Positions 24,373-33,284 of a stretch of DNA of 59,606 bases are shown piece by piece; the first letter of the stretch is position 1, and every line of letters begins with the position of its first letter. The translations under genes were made by a program, and so were the position numbers. The notes below the pieces were generated by a model, which was given only the letters and a program-made list of their open reading frames with translations, was not told where the DNA came from and ran no database searches. Source of the DNA: Candidatus Erginobacter occultus (lineage in GTDB: Bacteria > Auribacterota > Erginobacteria > Erginobacterales > Erginobacteraceae); the NCBI GenBank assembly GCA_030765265.1, contig JAVCCZ010000040.1, positions 1-59,606 on the forward strand. Direction: 5' to 3'.

Positions 24373-25489
24373 CGGTTTCTTTCGACTGCTGCCGGCGCCG
24401 CCGGTAAAGGTTTTCGTAGGCGTCAATCATCCCCCGCATCCCGTAACCGGCGGCGACGGTTTTCCCCGCCGCCTTCCCCAACCGTTCTCCCAGTTCCGGA
24501 TGATTGAGAACCTTCTCAATCGCCCCGGCCAGTTCATTGCCGTCCCGGGGCGGGACCAGGAGACCGTTCTCGCCGTCATTGATCAGATCCGGACACCCCC
24601 CGACCGAGGTTGCCACCACCGGGCGTTTTAGGGCCATCGCTTCGAGAAGCGAGATCGGCAGACCCTCCCGGATCGAGCTGAGGAGAAAGAGATCTCCCCG
24701 GCCGATAATCTCCACCGCGTCCGGCCGGGAGCCGAGGAGAAGCACCCGGCCGGCCAGGCCCCGCTCCCGGATCTCCTTTTCCAGCTCGCCGCGCAGTTCC
24801 CCCTCGCCGAGGAGGAGGAAGTAGGCATCAGCCCGGCGGGAGACAACGAGTTCGGCGGCCGCGAGGAGATAGCGATGGCCTTTCTTCGGGGTGAGGGCGG
24901 CCGCGGTCACCACAATCTTTGCCGCCGCCGGAAGCTTTAGTTCGCGCCAAAAAGACTCGGGATCGGATCCCGGTCGGAGCCGGTCGGTATTCAAGCCGTT
25001 GACGATCACCTCGACCTTGCCCGGATCGATCCGGCAGCGGGAGATCAGCGATTGCCGGACCGGCGCCGAGACGGCGATAAAACGATCGGTCCGGAAAGAG
25101 AGCAGAAAGTCCAAGGCCCGGCGAAGGGGATTTTTCCATTCCGACATATTATGCTCGGTCCGCAGCAGCCGGACCCGGGGGAAGAAGAGCGCCGCCGCCC
25201 ACCCCCAGAGATGGCTGGAGAAGAGATGGGTCTGGATCACGTCCACCCGCCGCTCCCGGATCAGCCCGAGCAGCCGGCGGAAACCGGAGAGATCAAGGAA
25301 AGATTTTCTACCCAGGATAAAGACCGGAACCCCGATCGTTTCCAGCATTTCCGCCACCCCCCCGCCCCGGGTCAGGGCGCAGACCAGGAAATCGAACTCC
25401 CCCCGGTCTCCTTGTTGGACCAGGTCATAGACCACCATCTCCGCTCCTTCCCGGGGAAGGCTGTCGATAATGTGAAGTACAGTTGTCAT
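24350..25489 (-). CDS. family 4 glycosyltransferase (GT-B)
   Basis: VLHIIDSLPREGAE N-terminus and the C-terminal EGLPISLLEAMALKRPVVATSVGG motif. Confidence 0.88.
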   Translation of the reverse strand: MTTVLHIIDSLPREGAEMVVYDLVQQGDRGEFDFLVCALTRGGGVAEMLETIGVPVFILGRKSFLDLSGFRRLLGLIRERRVDVIQTHLFSSHLWGWAAALFFPRVRLLRTEHNMSEWKNPLRRALDFLLSFRTDRFIAVSAPVRQSLISRCRIDPGKVEVIVNGLNTDRLRPGSDPESFWRELKLPAAAKIVVTAAALTPKKGHRYLLAAAELVVSRRADAYFLLLGEGELRGELEKEIRERGLAGRVLLLGSRPDAVEIIGRGDLFLLSSIREGLPISLLEAMALKRPVVATSVGGCPDLINDGENGLLVPPRDGNELAGAIEKVLNHPELGERLGKAAGKTVAAGYGMRGMIDAYENLYRRRRQQSKETDERIATS

Positions 25490-25576
25490 CGGGAGTGGGG
25501 AGTAGTATCCGGAGCCGGGATGCTTGTTCCTCTATTCTGGATTCTGACTTCGGGATTCCGACTTCTGAATTCTTCC

Positions 25577-26407
25577 CTACAGTCTCTTGCCGGCCATTCG
25601 TTGCCAGAGGCGGTGGGGAAGATCGAAACCGCCCCGGAGCTTCAAGAGAAAATCTTCCCGGTCATCATCGCCCGAGATCTCGGTCCGCCGGAGCAGAAAG
25701 AGATCTCCGTCCGGCCGGTTGACCCCCGGGCGGACGGTCACCGCCCCCCGGTAGCCGGCAGCCCGGACCAGTCCGGCGAGGACGGAATCGGCCTTTCCCC
25801 GCGGATAGGCGAACCACTCCGGGCGCGTACCCAGCTTCCGCTCGATCACCGCCGCGCTTTCGACGATCTCCGTCTCCGCCTCGGCCCGGTCCAGGCCGGT
25901 CAGCTCGCGGTGGGACAGGGAATGGGAACCGACCTCCACCCTCCCCTTCCCCATCTCGGCCAGCATCTCCCAGGAAAGTGAACGGGAGATTTCCCCCCTC
26001 CCCCGGTAGCGGTCGAGTTCGACCCGGCCCTCGATGAAACCGGGAACGACAAAGACCGTCGCCGGCAGGGAGCGCCGCCTTAAAATGGGGAAGACATTAT
26101 CATAAAAATCCCGGTATCCGTCATCAAAAGTCAGAACCACCGCCGGTTCCCTCCGTTCTCGATCCGGCCCGCCGCCGGCAAAGGCCGCGGAGAGGGTCTT
26201 CACCGGCCGGCCGCTCTGGAGGAGAAGATCCATCTGCCGGGCAAACTCCCCCGGGACCACGGCCAGCCGGTCCCCAGGGATCTCGGCCACCCGGTGATAC
26301 ATCAGAACCCGGACCTCGCCGGCCCGGCGTCCGGCGGGCGCGAGGGACGCCAAGCGGGGGAGAACCTTCCGTAACCGCCTCCGGAAAAACAAATCAAGCG
26401 CACTCAT
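25577..26407 (-). CDS. polysaccharide deacetylase family protein
   Basis: VLMYHRV, VLTFDDGYRDF and GSHSLSH motifs. The start is moved to the ATG at 26405-26407. The track ORF extends into the upstream gene. Confidence 0.8.
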   Translation of the reverse strand: MSALDLFFRRRLRKVLPRLASLAPAGRRAGEVRVLMYHRVAEIPGDRLAVVPGEFARQMDLLLQSGRPVKTLSAAFAGGGPDRERREPAVVLTFDDGYRDFYDNVFPILRRRSLPATVFVVPGFIEGRVELDRYRGRGEISRSLSWEMLAEMGKGRVEVGSHSLSHRELTGLDRAEAETEIVESAAVIERKLGTRPEWFAYPRGKADSVLAGLVRAAGYRGAVTVRPGVNRPDGDLFLLRRTEISGDDDREDFLLKLRGGFDLPHRLWQRMAGKRL

Positions 26408-27500
26408 AATATAGTTCCCGGTACCTTCGACACATCGCCTCCAGGGTAAAATCCTCCCTGACCCGTTTCTCTCCCGCCCGGCCGAGCCGTTGGCGCATCC
26501 GGGGATTCCGGGCCAGTTCTTCGATCCGGGCCGCCAGCCGCTGACGGTCCCCCGGGGGGACCAGAAAACCGCTCTCCCCCGCGACAATCACTTCCGGGTT
26601 GGCCCCGACCGCTGAGGCGATCACCGGGCGACCCCGGACCATCGCCTCGATCAGGGAGTTGGAGAACCCTTCGGCCAGGGAGGGGAGGACATAGATGTCC
26701 AGAGCCCGAAGGAACTCCCCCGGTTGGGCCGTCTCCCCGGAAAAACTGACCCGCCCGGCCAGCCGCTCGCCCCGAACCAGCTCCCCCAGTTCTTCCCGGC
26801 AACCGGGATCCAGCGTCCGACCGGCCACCCGGAGCTCCCAGTCGATCTCCGGGGGAAGCAGACGCAACGCCTCCAACAGGAACCGGTATCCCTTGACCGG
26901 CCGGATGTTGCCGAGGGCCCCGATGACGATCCTCCCCGCCTCCCCGGCGGGGCGGGCCGGGTTCTCTTCCCCGCCCGGCACCTCGACCCCGTTGTAGATC
27001 AGGGCAATCTTTCCCGCTCTCACCCTTTCCCGGCGACGGAGGTACTCGACCACCTCCCGGGAGTTGGCGGTGATCTTCCGGGTCAGGGGGTTGACCGCGC
27101 GGTGGGCAAGGATATGGCGGCCGGTCTTCCAGAAGCCGGTGTCCCGGCGGCTGGTGATCACCGGGGTCCCGGTAAGGAAACCGGCCGGGGGAGCGACCAG
27201 GTTGGCGGCGAAGAGATAGGAGTGGACCAGATCGATCTCTCGCCGGCGGATGATCTCTTTTAAACCCGCGACCGCCCGGAGAAACCGGGAACCGATTATG
27301 TTCTCCAGTTCCAGAGATTCCACCCCGATCCCCTCCCCCGCCAGTTCCGCCGCCAGCGGGCCTTTCTTCAGCAGGCAGCAGAGAACCGGCACGATCTCCC
27401 GGCGGTCGAAGCGGGGCAGCAACTCCCGCAGATGGCGCTGGGCCCCCGCCCGGACCATCTTGTCGATCACGTAGAGGATTCTTCGGGGCCGGGAGGTCAT
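26394..27500 (-). CDS. family 4 glycosyltransferase (GT-B)
   Basis: RILYVIDKMVRAGAQ N-terminus and EGFSNSLIEAMVRGRPVIASAVG. The start at 27498-27500 forms an ATGA overlap with the upstream stop. Confidence 0.85.
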   Translation of the reverse strand: MTSRPRRILYVIDKMVRAGAQRHLRELLPRFDRREIVPVLCCLLKKGPLAAELAGEGIGVESLELENIIGSRFLRAVAGLKEIIRRREIDLVHSYLFAANLVAPPAGFLTGTPVITSRRDTGFWKTGRHILAHRAVNPLTRKITANSREVVEYLRRRERVRAGKIALIYNGVEVPGGEENPARPAGEAGRIVIGALGNIRPVKGYRFLLEALRLLPPEIDWELRVAGRTLDPGCREELGELVRGERLAGRVSFSGETAQPGEFLRALDIYVLPSLAEGFSNSLIEAMVRGRPVIASAVGANPEVIVAGESGFLVPPGDRQRLAARIEELARNPRMRQRLGRAGEKRVREDFTLEAMCRRYRELYYECA

Positions 27501-28105
27501 TCCTGGATTTCCGGGCGGAGAAGAACCGTCTCCCCTTCCCGGAGGTAACTCCGGCCGCACCGCCGGCAGAGAGCCGATCTATCCCGGAAATCCAGCCGCT
27601 CGCCGCAGGCGCAGATCCACCCCCGGAGGCCGGCCGGGTTGCCGTAAACCAGGGCAAAATCCGGGACGTCCCGGGTCACCACCGCCCCGGCGCCGATGAA
27701 GGCCGAGCGCCCGATCGTCCGACCGCAGACCACGGTAGCGTTGGCCCCGATGCTGGACGAGCGCTTGACCAGGGTCTTCAAGTAAAATCCGCTCCCCCGC
27801 TGGGGAAACTCGCTCCGGGGGTCAAGGACGTTGGTGAAGACCATTGAGGGGCCGCAGAAGACGTAATCCTCCAGTTCCACCCCCTCGTAAACCGAGACGT
27901 TGTTCTGGATCTTGACGTAATCGCCGATTTTCACGTTACCGGCGATATTCACATTCTGCCCGATCGAGCAGCCCCGCCCGATCCGGGCCCCCGGCTGGAT
28001 ATGGCTGAAGTGCCAGATCTTGGTCCCCTCCCCGATCTCGGCCCCGGGGTCGACGTAACTCGATTCGTGGACGAAATAACCGCCATCTGCTGTTTTTTCG
28101 GTCAT
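27497..28105 (-). CDS. left-handed beta-helix (hexapeptide) N-acetyltransferase, WbpD/WxcM-like, with a C-terminal Cys4 ribbon
   Basis: Hexapeptide repeats IGEGTKIWHFSHIQPGARIGRGCSIGQNVNIAGNVKIGDYVKIQNNVSV. C-terminal CACGERL...CRRCG. Confidence 0.8.
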   Translation of the reverse strand: MTEKTADGGYFVHESSYVDPGAEIGEGTKIWHFSHIQPGARIGRGCSIGQNVNIAGNVKIGDYVKIQNNVSVYEGVELEDYVFCGPSMVFTNVLDPRSEFPQRGSGFYLKTLVKRSSSIGANATVVCGRTIGRSAFIGAGAVVTRDVPDFALVYGNPAGLRGWICACGERLDFRDRSALCRRCGRSYLREGETVLLRPEIQE

Positions 28106-28125
28106 TTTTCCCCTCGCTTCTGGTT

Positions 28126-28193
28126 AACCGCGGATTGAGCGGATTGGGCGGATTATTTTCTTTCAATCAGCATAATCCGCCGAATCCGTGGTT
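28126..28193. repeat. REP-A element: three GCGGATT nonamers plus an inverted partner (AACCGCGGATT...AATCCGTGGTT)
   Basis: Read directly. It fills the gap between the oxidoreductase stop and the acetyltransferase start, and is homologous to 42894-42955 and 8818-8850. Confidence 0.8.
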
Positions 28194-29217
28194 ATTTCTT
28201 CTCGGCCGCGCTGCCGAGTTCGATCGCCCGGCCGCCTTCTTCCAGGGAGCGCTGGGCGGCTTCCAGGACCGCGACCACCGCCAGGCCGTTGCGGCCGTCG
28301 GTCAGCGGGCGGTGGCGTTTTTTGACGCAGTCCAGGAAGTGGCCGGTCTCGGCCCGCAGGGGCTCCCCGGCCTTAACCCAGGGGATCTGGACATCCCCGT
28401 AGCGGAGGTTGAGATACTCCCCGTAAGTATCGTAGGCCAGGTTCTCCGGGACCCCCTTGTCGTAGATCCGGATCGGCTCGGCGCCGGCCATATCGTCGAA
28501 GACCAGCATCTTTTTCGACCCGACAATGGTCAGCTTCCTCACCTTGTGAGGGTCGAGCCAGCTGACGTGAAGGTGGGCCATCACCCCGTCGGCGAAGCTG
28601 ATGGTGATGAAGGCGACGTCGGCCACCCGGTCCTGAATATAGGACCCCCCCCGGGCGGAGACCGCCGCCGCCGGGCGCCCGATCAGGTAGAGGGCGACCG
28701 AGACGTCGTGAGGGGCGAAGGTCCAGAGCGCGTTCTCGCTCCGGCGGATCTTGCCCAGGTTCAGCCGCTGGCTGTAGAGGTAATAGAGGTTGCCGATCGT
28801 CCCCGCCTCGACTTCCTCCTTCAGTTTTTCCACCGCCGGGTGGTAGAGCAGGAGGTGACCGACCATCAGGATCAGGTCCCGCTCCTCAGCCATTTGGCAG
28901 AGGTGCCGGCAGTCGGCGGCGGTCAGGGCCATCGGCTTCTCGACGAAGACATCCTTCCCGGCTTGCAGGCAGTCGCGGGCGATGGCGAAGTGGCTCGCAC
29001 CCGGGGTAGCCACCACCACGCCCTGAATATCCGGGTGGGAGAGGATATCGGCATAGTCATCGGTCAGGGTCATCTCCGGGTATTTCTCCCCGGCGGCGGC
29101 GCGGCGTTCTTCCACCTTGTCGGCGGCGATCAGTACCTCCGCCTCCGGCTGTTCCTGGAAGTTGCGGAGCAGATTCTTCCCCCACCCCCCGACCCCGATA
29201 ATTCCCAGCTTGATCAT
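28192..29217 (-). CDS. Gfo/Idh/MocA family oxidoreductase (WbpB-like nucleotide-sugar dehydrogenase)
   Basis: MIKLGIIGVGGWGKN Rossmann start and DVFVEKPMA. Paired with the LbH acetyltransferase. Confidence 0.82.
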   Translation of the reverse strand: MIKLGIIGVGGWGKNLLRNFQEQPEAEVLIAADKVEERRAAAGEKYPEMTLTDDYADILSHPDIQGVVVATPGASHFAIARDCLQAGKDVFVEKPMALTAADCRHLCQMAEERDLILMVGHLLLYHPAVEKLKEEVEAGTIGNLYYLYSQRLNLGKIRRSENALWTFAPHDVSVALYLIGRPAAAVSARGGSYIQDRVADVAFITISFADGVMAHLHVSWLDPHKVRKLTIVGSKKMLVFDDMAGAEPIRIYDKGVPENLAYDTYGEYLNLRYGDVQIPWVKAGEPLRAETGHFLDCVKKRHRPLTDGRNGLAVVAVLEAAQRSLEEGGRAIELGSAAEKK

Positions 29218-29256
29218 AGTCTTCTCCTTTTTGACTGGATGAACAGGATAGTTTTA

Positions 29257-29387
29257 GACAGGATAACAGAATTTACCGGATAGGGAGAATAGAGTGTTGG
29301 AGTGTTGGGTAACCAGTAACCAATACTCCATCATTCCATCACTCCAACCCTACAGCTTTTCCATCCCGTCGATCCTGTTATCCCGTC
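29257..29387. repeat. TIR-bounded intergenic element ('REP-B'): GACAGGATAACAG...CTGTTATCCCGTC around 8-mer tandem repeats
   Basis: The left arm 29257-29286 and right arm 29360-29387 are imperfect reverse complements. The interior contains GTGTTGGA GTGTTGGG and CCATCATT CCATCACT CCAACCC. Confidence 0.65.
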
Positions 29388-29397
29388 TATTTTTTCC

Positions 29398-30624
29398 TCA
29401 GTCCGGGGAAGCGCCGAAGAGGGCGGCGATGGCGGCGGCGGTCTTCTTGATATCCCACTTTTCCTCAATCTTCTTCCGGCCGGCCCGGCCGTAGGTTTCC
29501 AGCAGTTCCCGCTCCCGGCTCACCTTCCGGACCAGGCCGGCGATCGCCTCCGGGTCCCGTTCGGGGATGGAGAATCCGCAGGGCGGATCCTCGATCAACT
29601 CCGGAAGCGAGGGCAGGGGCGTGCAGGCGACCGGGACCCCAACCGCCAGCGACTCCAGCAGGACATTGGGGATCCCCCAGTGAATCCTCAAGACCGCCGG
29701 GAGGATAAAGAGGTCGGACCAGCGGTAATGTTCGGGCATCTCGTCCTGGGCCTGGTAGCCGGTGAAAGTAATATAACCGTTCAACTCCTTCTCCTCCACC
29801 ATTTTCCTCAACCGCCTCTCCAGGTAACCTCCCCCGACGATCCGGCAGCGAAATTCGAAGTTCTCCCGCCTCAAGATCTCCCCGGCGGCGATCAGGTACT
29901 CGAACCCCTTGCAGTCGAATAAGCTCCCCACGGAAAGAATCCGGAACGGTCCGCCCTCACCCGCGCCGCCGCCGGGGACGCTCTTGGGCAGGTAATGGGA
30001 AAGGTCGACGCCGTGGTAAACCACCCTGATCTTTTCCGGGGCGGTTTCCGGGGCCAGGGAGGCAAGGTAGCGCCGGTTATCTTCGGTGCAGGTGATGACG
30101 AAGTCCGCCTCCCGGATCTTGTCGGCCAGGCCGGCGGTCTTGACGTGAATATCGTGGGCGTGGCCGGTAAAGCTGAACGGGATCCCGTTGATCCGGGAGA
30201 TAACCAGGGCGGTCAGGGCCGGGTAGGTAGCCCACTGCCCGTGGACCCGGGTGACCTTTTGCCCCCGGCAGATCCGGGCGAAATATACCGCCTGGGGGAG
30301 GAGAATCAGCGACTTGAGGAGGAACTCAGGATCGGAACGGTTGAGCCGGATTACCAGGCCGAGCAACCTGAGATATAACCCGGGCCGGGAAAAGCCCAGT
30401 CGGAAGTTCTCCCCCAGTACGGTCCGGGCAGCGAACAGGGCGGAGTAAAATGTCCTGCCGGCCAGCCGCTTGGAGATCGAATGCTGAACCGGGTCGCGGC
30501 GGGGCCGCTTGAGCGAGAAGACGCGGAGATCGAGCCGGCTGTCCAGTTCCACCATTTCCCGGAGGAGGAAGACCTCGTCGTAGCAGGGGAACTGGGAAAA
30601 GATCATCGCGACTTTCGGTTTCAT
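29398..30624 (-). CDS. family 4 glycosyltransferase (WcaL-like)
   Basis: MKPKVAMIFSQFPCYDEVFLLRE N-terminus typical of WcaL-like GT4, and C-terminal PNVLLESLAVGVPV. Confidence 0.85.
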   Translation of the reverse strand: MKPKVAMIFSQFPCYDEVFLLREMVELDSRLDLRVFSLKRPRRDPVQHSISKRLAGRTFYSALFAARTVLGENFRLGFSRPGLYLRLLGLVIRLNRSDPEFLLKSLILLPQAVYFARICRGQKVTRVHGQWATYPALTALVISRINGIPFSFTGHAHDIHVKTAGLADKIREADFVITCTEDNRRYLASLAPETAPEKIRVVYHGVDLSHYLPKSVPGGGAGEGGPFRILSVGSLFDCKGFEYLIAAGEILRRENFEFRCRIVGGGYLERRLRKMVEEKELNGYITFTGYQAQDEMPEHYRWSDLFILPAVLRIHWGIPNVLLESLAVGVPVACTPLPSLPELIEDPPCGFSIPERDPEAIAGLVRKVSRERELLETYGRAGRKKIEEKWDIKKTAAAIAALFGASPD

Positions 30625-30639
30625 CGGAGAGAGATCGGA

Positions 30640-32166
30640 TCAGCCGCCCTCCGGCCGGCGGGCGGGGAAAGGCAGAGTCGAGAGCAGCTGGCGGAAAATG
30701 ATCCGGTCGCCTTCGGTGATCGTCCCCAATCCGTAAAGGAGGACGCCGTAAACCACCGCGCTGGTCGCCAGGACCACCCCGGGAGGGAAGTCGAGAATCC
30801 CCTGCCAGCGGACCAGCCCCCCGGTCACGGCGGCCGCCAGGACCGGGCGCCAGAGGTTGCGGGCCAGAAGCCCCCGCCGGTATTCCCGGCGCAAAATCGC
30901 CGAGAGGGCCGCCAGGAGAAAAAGCTGGGCGGCGAAGAGCGCGACCGGACCCCCGGCCACCCCGATCAGGCGGATCCCCGATCCGGGGCCGTAGGATCCG
31001 ATTACCGGGACCGGGGAAAAGCGGGAAAAGAGCGAGCTGAAGATATACGCCCCCGCCCCGTTGAGGAGAGCGGCGGCGCCGACCACCAGGGCGAAGAGCC
31101 ATTCCTTGCGGGAGGCGACCATCGCGTTAAAGAGGAGGTAATTCTGGGGCATCAGCAGGATCACCAGGCCCAGCAGCTTGAAGACCGGGATGGCATCGAG
31201 GTACTGTTCCCCGAAGAGGAGGAGGATCAACTCGTCCCCGAGAAAGAAACAATAGAGAACCAGAAGCAGCGAGAGGATATAGAAATACCGGCTCAAGGTC
31301 CGGGTGATCTTGACCAGCCGGTCCCGGTCGGAGCGGTAGAGCCGAGAGAGCAACGGGAAGATCGCTCCCATTATCGCGATGATCACGGTGCTCTCCAGTG
31401 CCAGGTAAGGGAGCGTGGCCACGCTGTACTGCCCCGCCCCCGGGGAGCCGACCGTCTTCTGGAGGACGATCCGGGTCACCTCGTGAAAAGAGTTGAAGAA
31501 GACCGCCAGCCCGATCGGCAGACCGCCGACAATCAGGAGTCCGACCAGCCCCCGGTCGAAGCGGAGCCGGGTGCCGGGGAATTTCTTCACGGCCAGATAC
31601 CAGGCGAAAACCACGAACCCGGCGGTGGCCAGCAGGTAGAGAAAGGCGATCCGCACCACCCCCCAACCGAGATAGACGGCGAAAAAGACCAACAACATCA
31701 GGGCCAGGTCCTTGACGGAGTTGGCCAGGGCCTCGTACCCCATCTTCTCCCGGGAGCGGAACTGGATGATGAAGTTGGAGCCGATCGAGGAGAGGAGGTA
31801 GATCCCCAGGGCGATAAAGACCAGCCAGGCGATCTCGGCGCGATAGCCGAGCCCGTAAACCAGGACCAGGGCGGCCAGAACGCTGCCGGCGGAGAGGAAA
31901 ACCTGGATGATGAGAACGGTCCCCAGGTAGCGCCCGATCTCCCGGGGCCGGGGGGAGCACTCCCGGATGGCGATCTGGCTCATCCCCAGGGAACAGAGGA
32001 TGGTCAGGAGGGCGGCCAGGGAGCGGGCCACGGACCAGTTGCCGTAATGGAGATCGCCGAGGTAGCGGGCCAGGACCACGCCGATAGCCATCGAGAGGAG
32101 GAGCCGGACCCCCCGGCTGAGGATCAGGGCGGCGGTATTCCCGGTCAGCCGCTTGATCTCGCTCAT
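30640..32166 (-). CDS. wzx: polysaccharide flippase (Wzx, MOP superfamily)
   Basis: ~12-14 TM segments. The N-terminus LTGNTAALILSRGVRLLLSMAIGVVLARYLG is typical of Wzx-type transporters. Confidence 0.8.
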   Translation of the reverse strand: MSEIKRLTGNTAALILSRGVRLLLSMAIGVVLARYLGDLHYGNWSVARSLAALLTILCSLGMSQIAIRECSPRPREIGRYLGTVLIIQVFLSAGSVLAALVLVYGLGYRAEIAWLVFIALGIYLLSSIGSNFIIQFRSREKMGYEALANSVKDLALMLLVFFAVYLGWGVVRIAFLYLLATAGFVVFAWYLAVKKFPGTRLRFDRGLVGLLIVGGLPIGLAVFFNSFHEVTRIVLQKTVGSPGAGQYSVATLPYLALESTVIIAIMGAIFPLLSRLYRSDRDRLVKITRTLSRYFYILSLLLVLYCFFLGDELILLLFGEQYLDAIPVFKLLGLVILLMPQNYLLFNAMVASRKEWLFALVVGAAALLNGAGAYIFSSLFSRFSPVPVIGSYGPGSGIRLIGVAGGPVALFAAQLFLLAALSAILRREYRRGLLARNLWRPVLAAAVTGGLVRWQGILDFPPGVVLATSAVVYGVLLYGLGTITEGDRIIFRQLLSTLPFPARRPEGG

Positions 32167-32169
32167 CGC

Positions 32170-33249
32170 TCACTCCCCCCCGGCCGCGGACCGGCCCAGT
32201 TCCGAGATCAGGGCGTCCACCACCTCATTGAAGGGGTAGCGCCCGATCACTTCTCCCCGCTTAAAGAGCAGGGCGGAATCTCTCCCCCCGGCGATCCCGA
32301 TCTCGGCCCGCCGGGCCTCCCCGGGCCCGTTGACCTCACACCCCATCACCGCCACCCGGCAGCCGGCCAGTCGCTCCTTGCCGGGTAGGATGTCCAGTTT
32401 CTCTTCCACCTCCCGGAGCAGGGACAGGAGGTCGATGCGGGTGCGGCCGCAGGTCGGGCAGCTGACGATCAGGGGGCCGAAGTTCCGTAAGCCCAGGGTC
32501 TGGAGGATCTCTTTAGCCGCCCGCACCTCCAGGACCGGGTCGGCGGAGAGAGAGACCCGGACCGTGTCGCCGAGCCCCTCGAGCAGGAGCATCGAGATCC
32601 CGATCGCCGAGCGGACGGTCCCGGGGAGTTCCGGACCGGCCTCGGTGATCCCGACGTGAAGCGGGTAATCGGTCCGGGCCGACAACAATCGGTAGGCTTC
32701 CCGGGAGGTGAAGACGTCGAAGGCCTTGACCGAGACCTTGATCTCCCCGTACCCCTCCCGCTCGATGGTCGCCACTTCCCGAAGCGCGGACGCGACCAGG
32801 GCCTCCGGGGTGGGGCCGCCGTACTTCTCCTCCAGCTCCCGGGAGAGAGACCCCTCGTTGGCCCCGACCCGGATCGGGAGCTTTCTTTCCCGGCAGGAAC
32901 GGACCACCTCCTTCACCTTCCAGGCCGCCCCGATATTCCCGGGGTTGATCCGCAGACCCGCCGCCCCGGCATCGGCGGCGGCCAGGGCCAGCCGGTGGTC
33001 GAAGTGGATATCGGCGATCACCGGCAGCGGGGAGCGGCAGCAGATCTCCTTCAGGGCCCCGCCGGCGGCCGAGTCGGGGACCGCGACCCGGACGATCTCG
33101 CAGCCGGCCGCCGCCAGGTGCTCGATCTGGCCGACGGTAGCCTCCACGTCCCGGGTATCGGTCTTGGTCATCGACTGGACCGAGATCTCCGCCCCGCCCC
33201 CCACCGGGACCATTCCCACCATCACCCGTCGAGTCCGCCTTCTTTCCAT
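32170..33249 (-). CDS. ispG: 4-hydroxy-3-methylbut-2-en-1-yl diphosphate synthase
   Basis: RRTRRVMVGMVPVGGGAEISVQSMTKTDT, RINPGNIG and VSCPTCGRT. ATG at 33247-33249 is preferred over the track GTG at 33258. Confidence 0.92.
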   Translation of the reverse strand: MERRRTRRVMVGMVPVGGGAEISVQSMTKTDTRDVEATVGQIEHLAAAGCEIVRVAVPDSAAGGALKEICCRSPLPVIADIHFDHRLALAAADAGAAGLRINPGNIGAAWKVKEVVRSCRERKLPIRVGANEGSLSRELEEKYGGPTPEALVASALREVATIEREGYGEIKVSVKAFDVFTSREAYRLLSARTDYPLHVGITEAGPELPGTVRSAIGISMLLLEGLGDTVRVSLSADPVLEVRAAKEILQTLGLRNFGPLIVSCPTCGRTRIDLLSLLREVEEKLDILPGKERLAGCRVAVMGCEVNGPGEARRAEIGIAGGRDSALLFKRGEVIGRYPFNEVVDALISELGRSAAGGE

Positions 33250-33251
33250 AC

Positions 33252-33279
33252 CGATCACTGATTACTGATAACCGATTAC
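33252..33279. repeat. tandem heptamer array, 4 units (CGATCAC TGATTAC TGATAAC CGATTAC)
   Basis: Read directly, between the rseP stop and the ispG start. Confidence 0.85.
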
Positions 33280-33284
33280 GGTCC

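Noticed and set aside
26404-27657. 417-aa and other alternative-frame ORFs (26404-27657, 30326-31102, 31127-32173, 32513-33310) overlapping GT4, Wzx and ispG on the same strand
   Set aside because: They are frame-shifted readings of genes whose main frame carries unambiguous motifs. Their products are Gly/Pro/Arg-rich.
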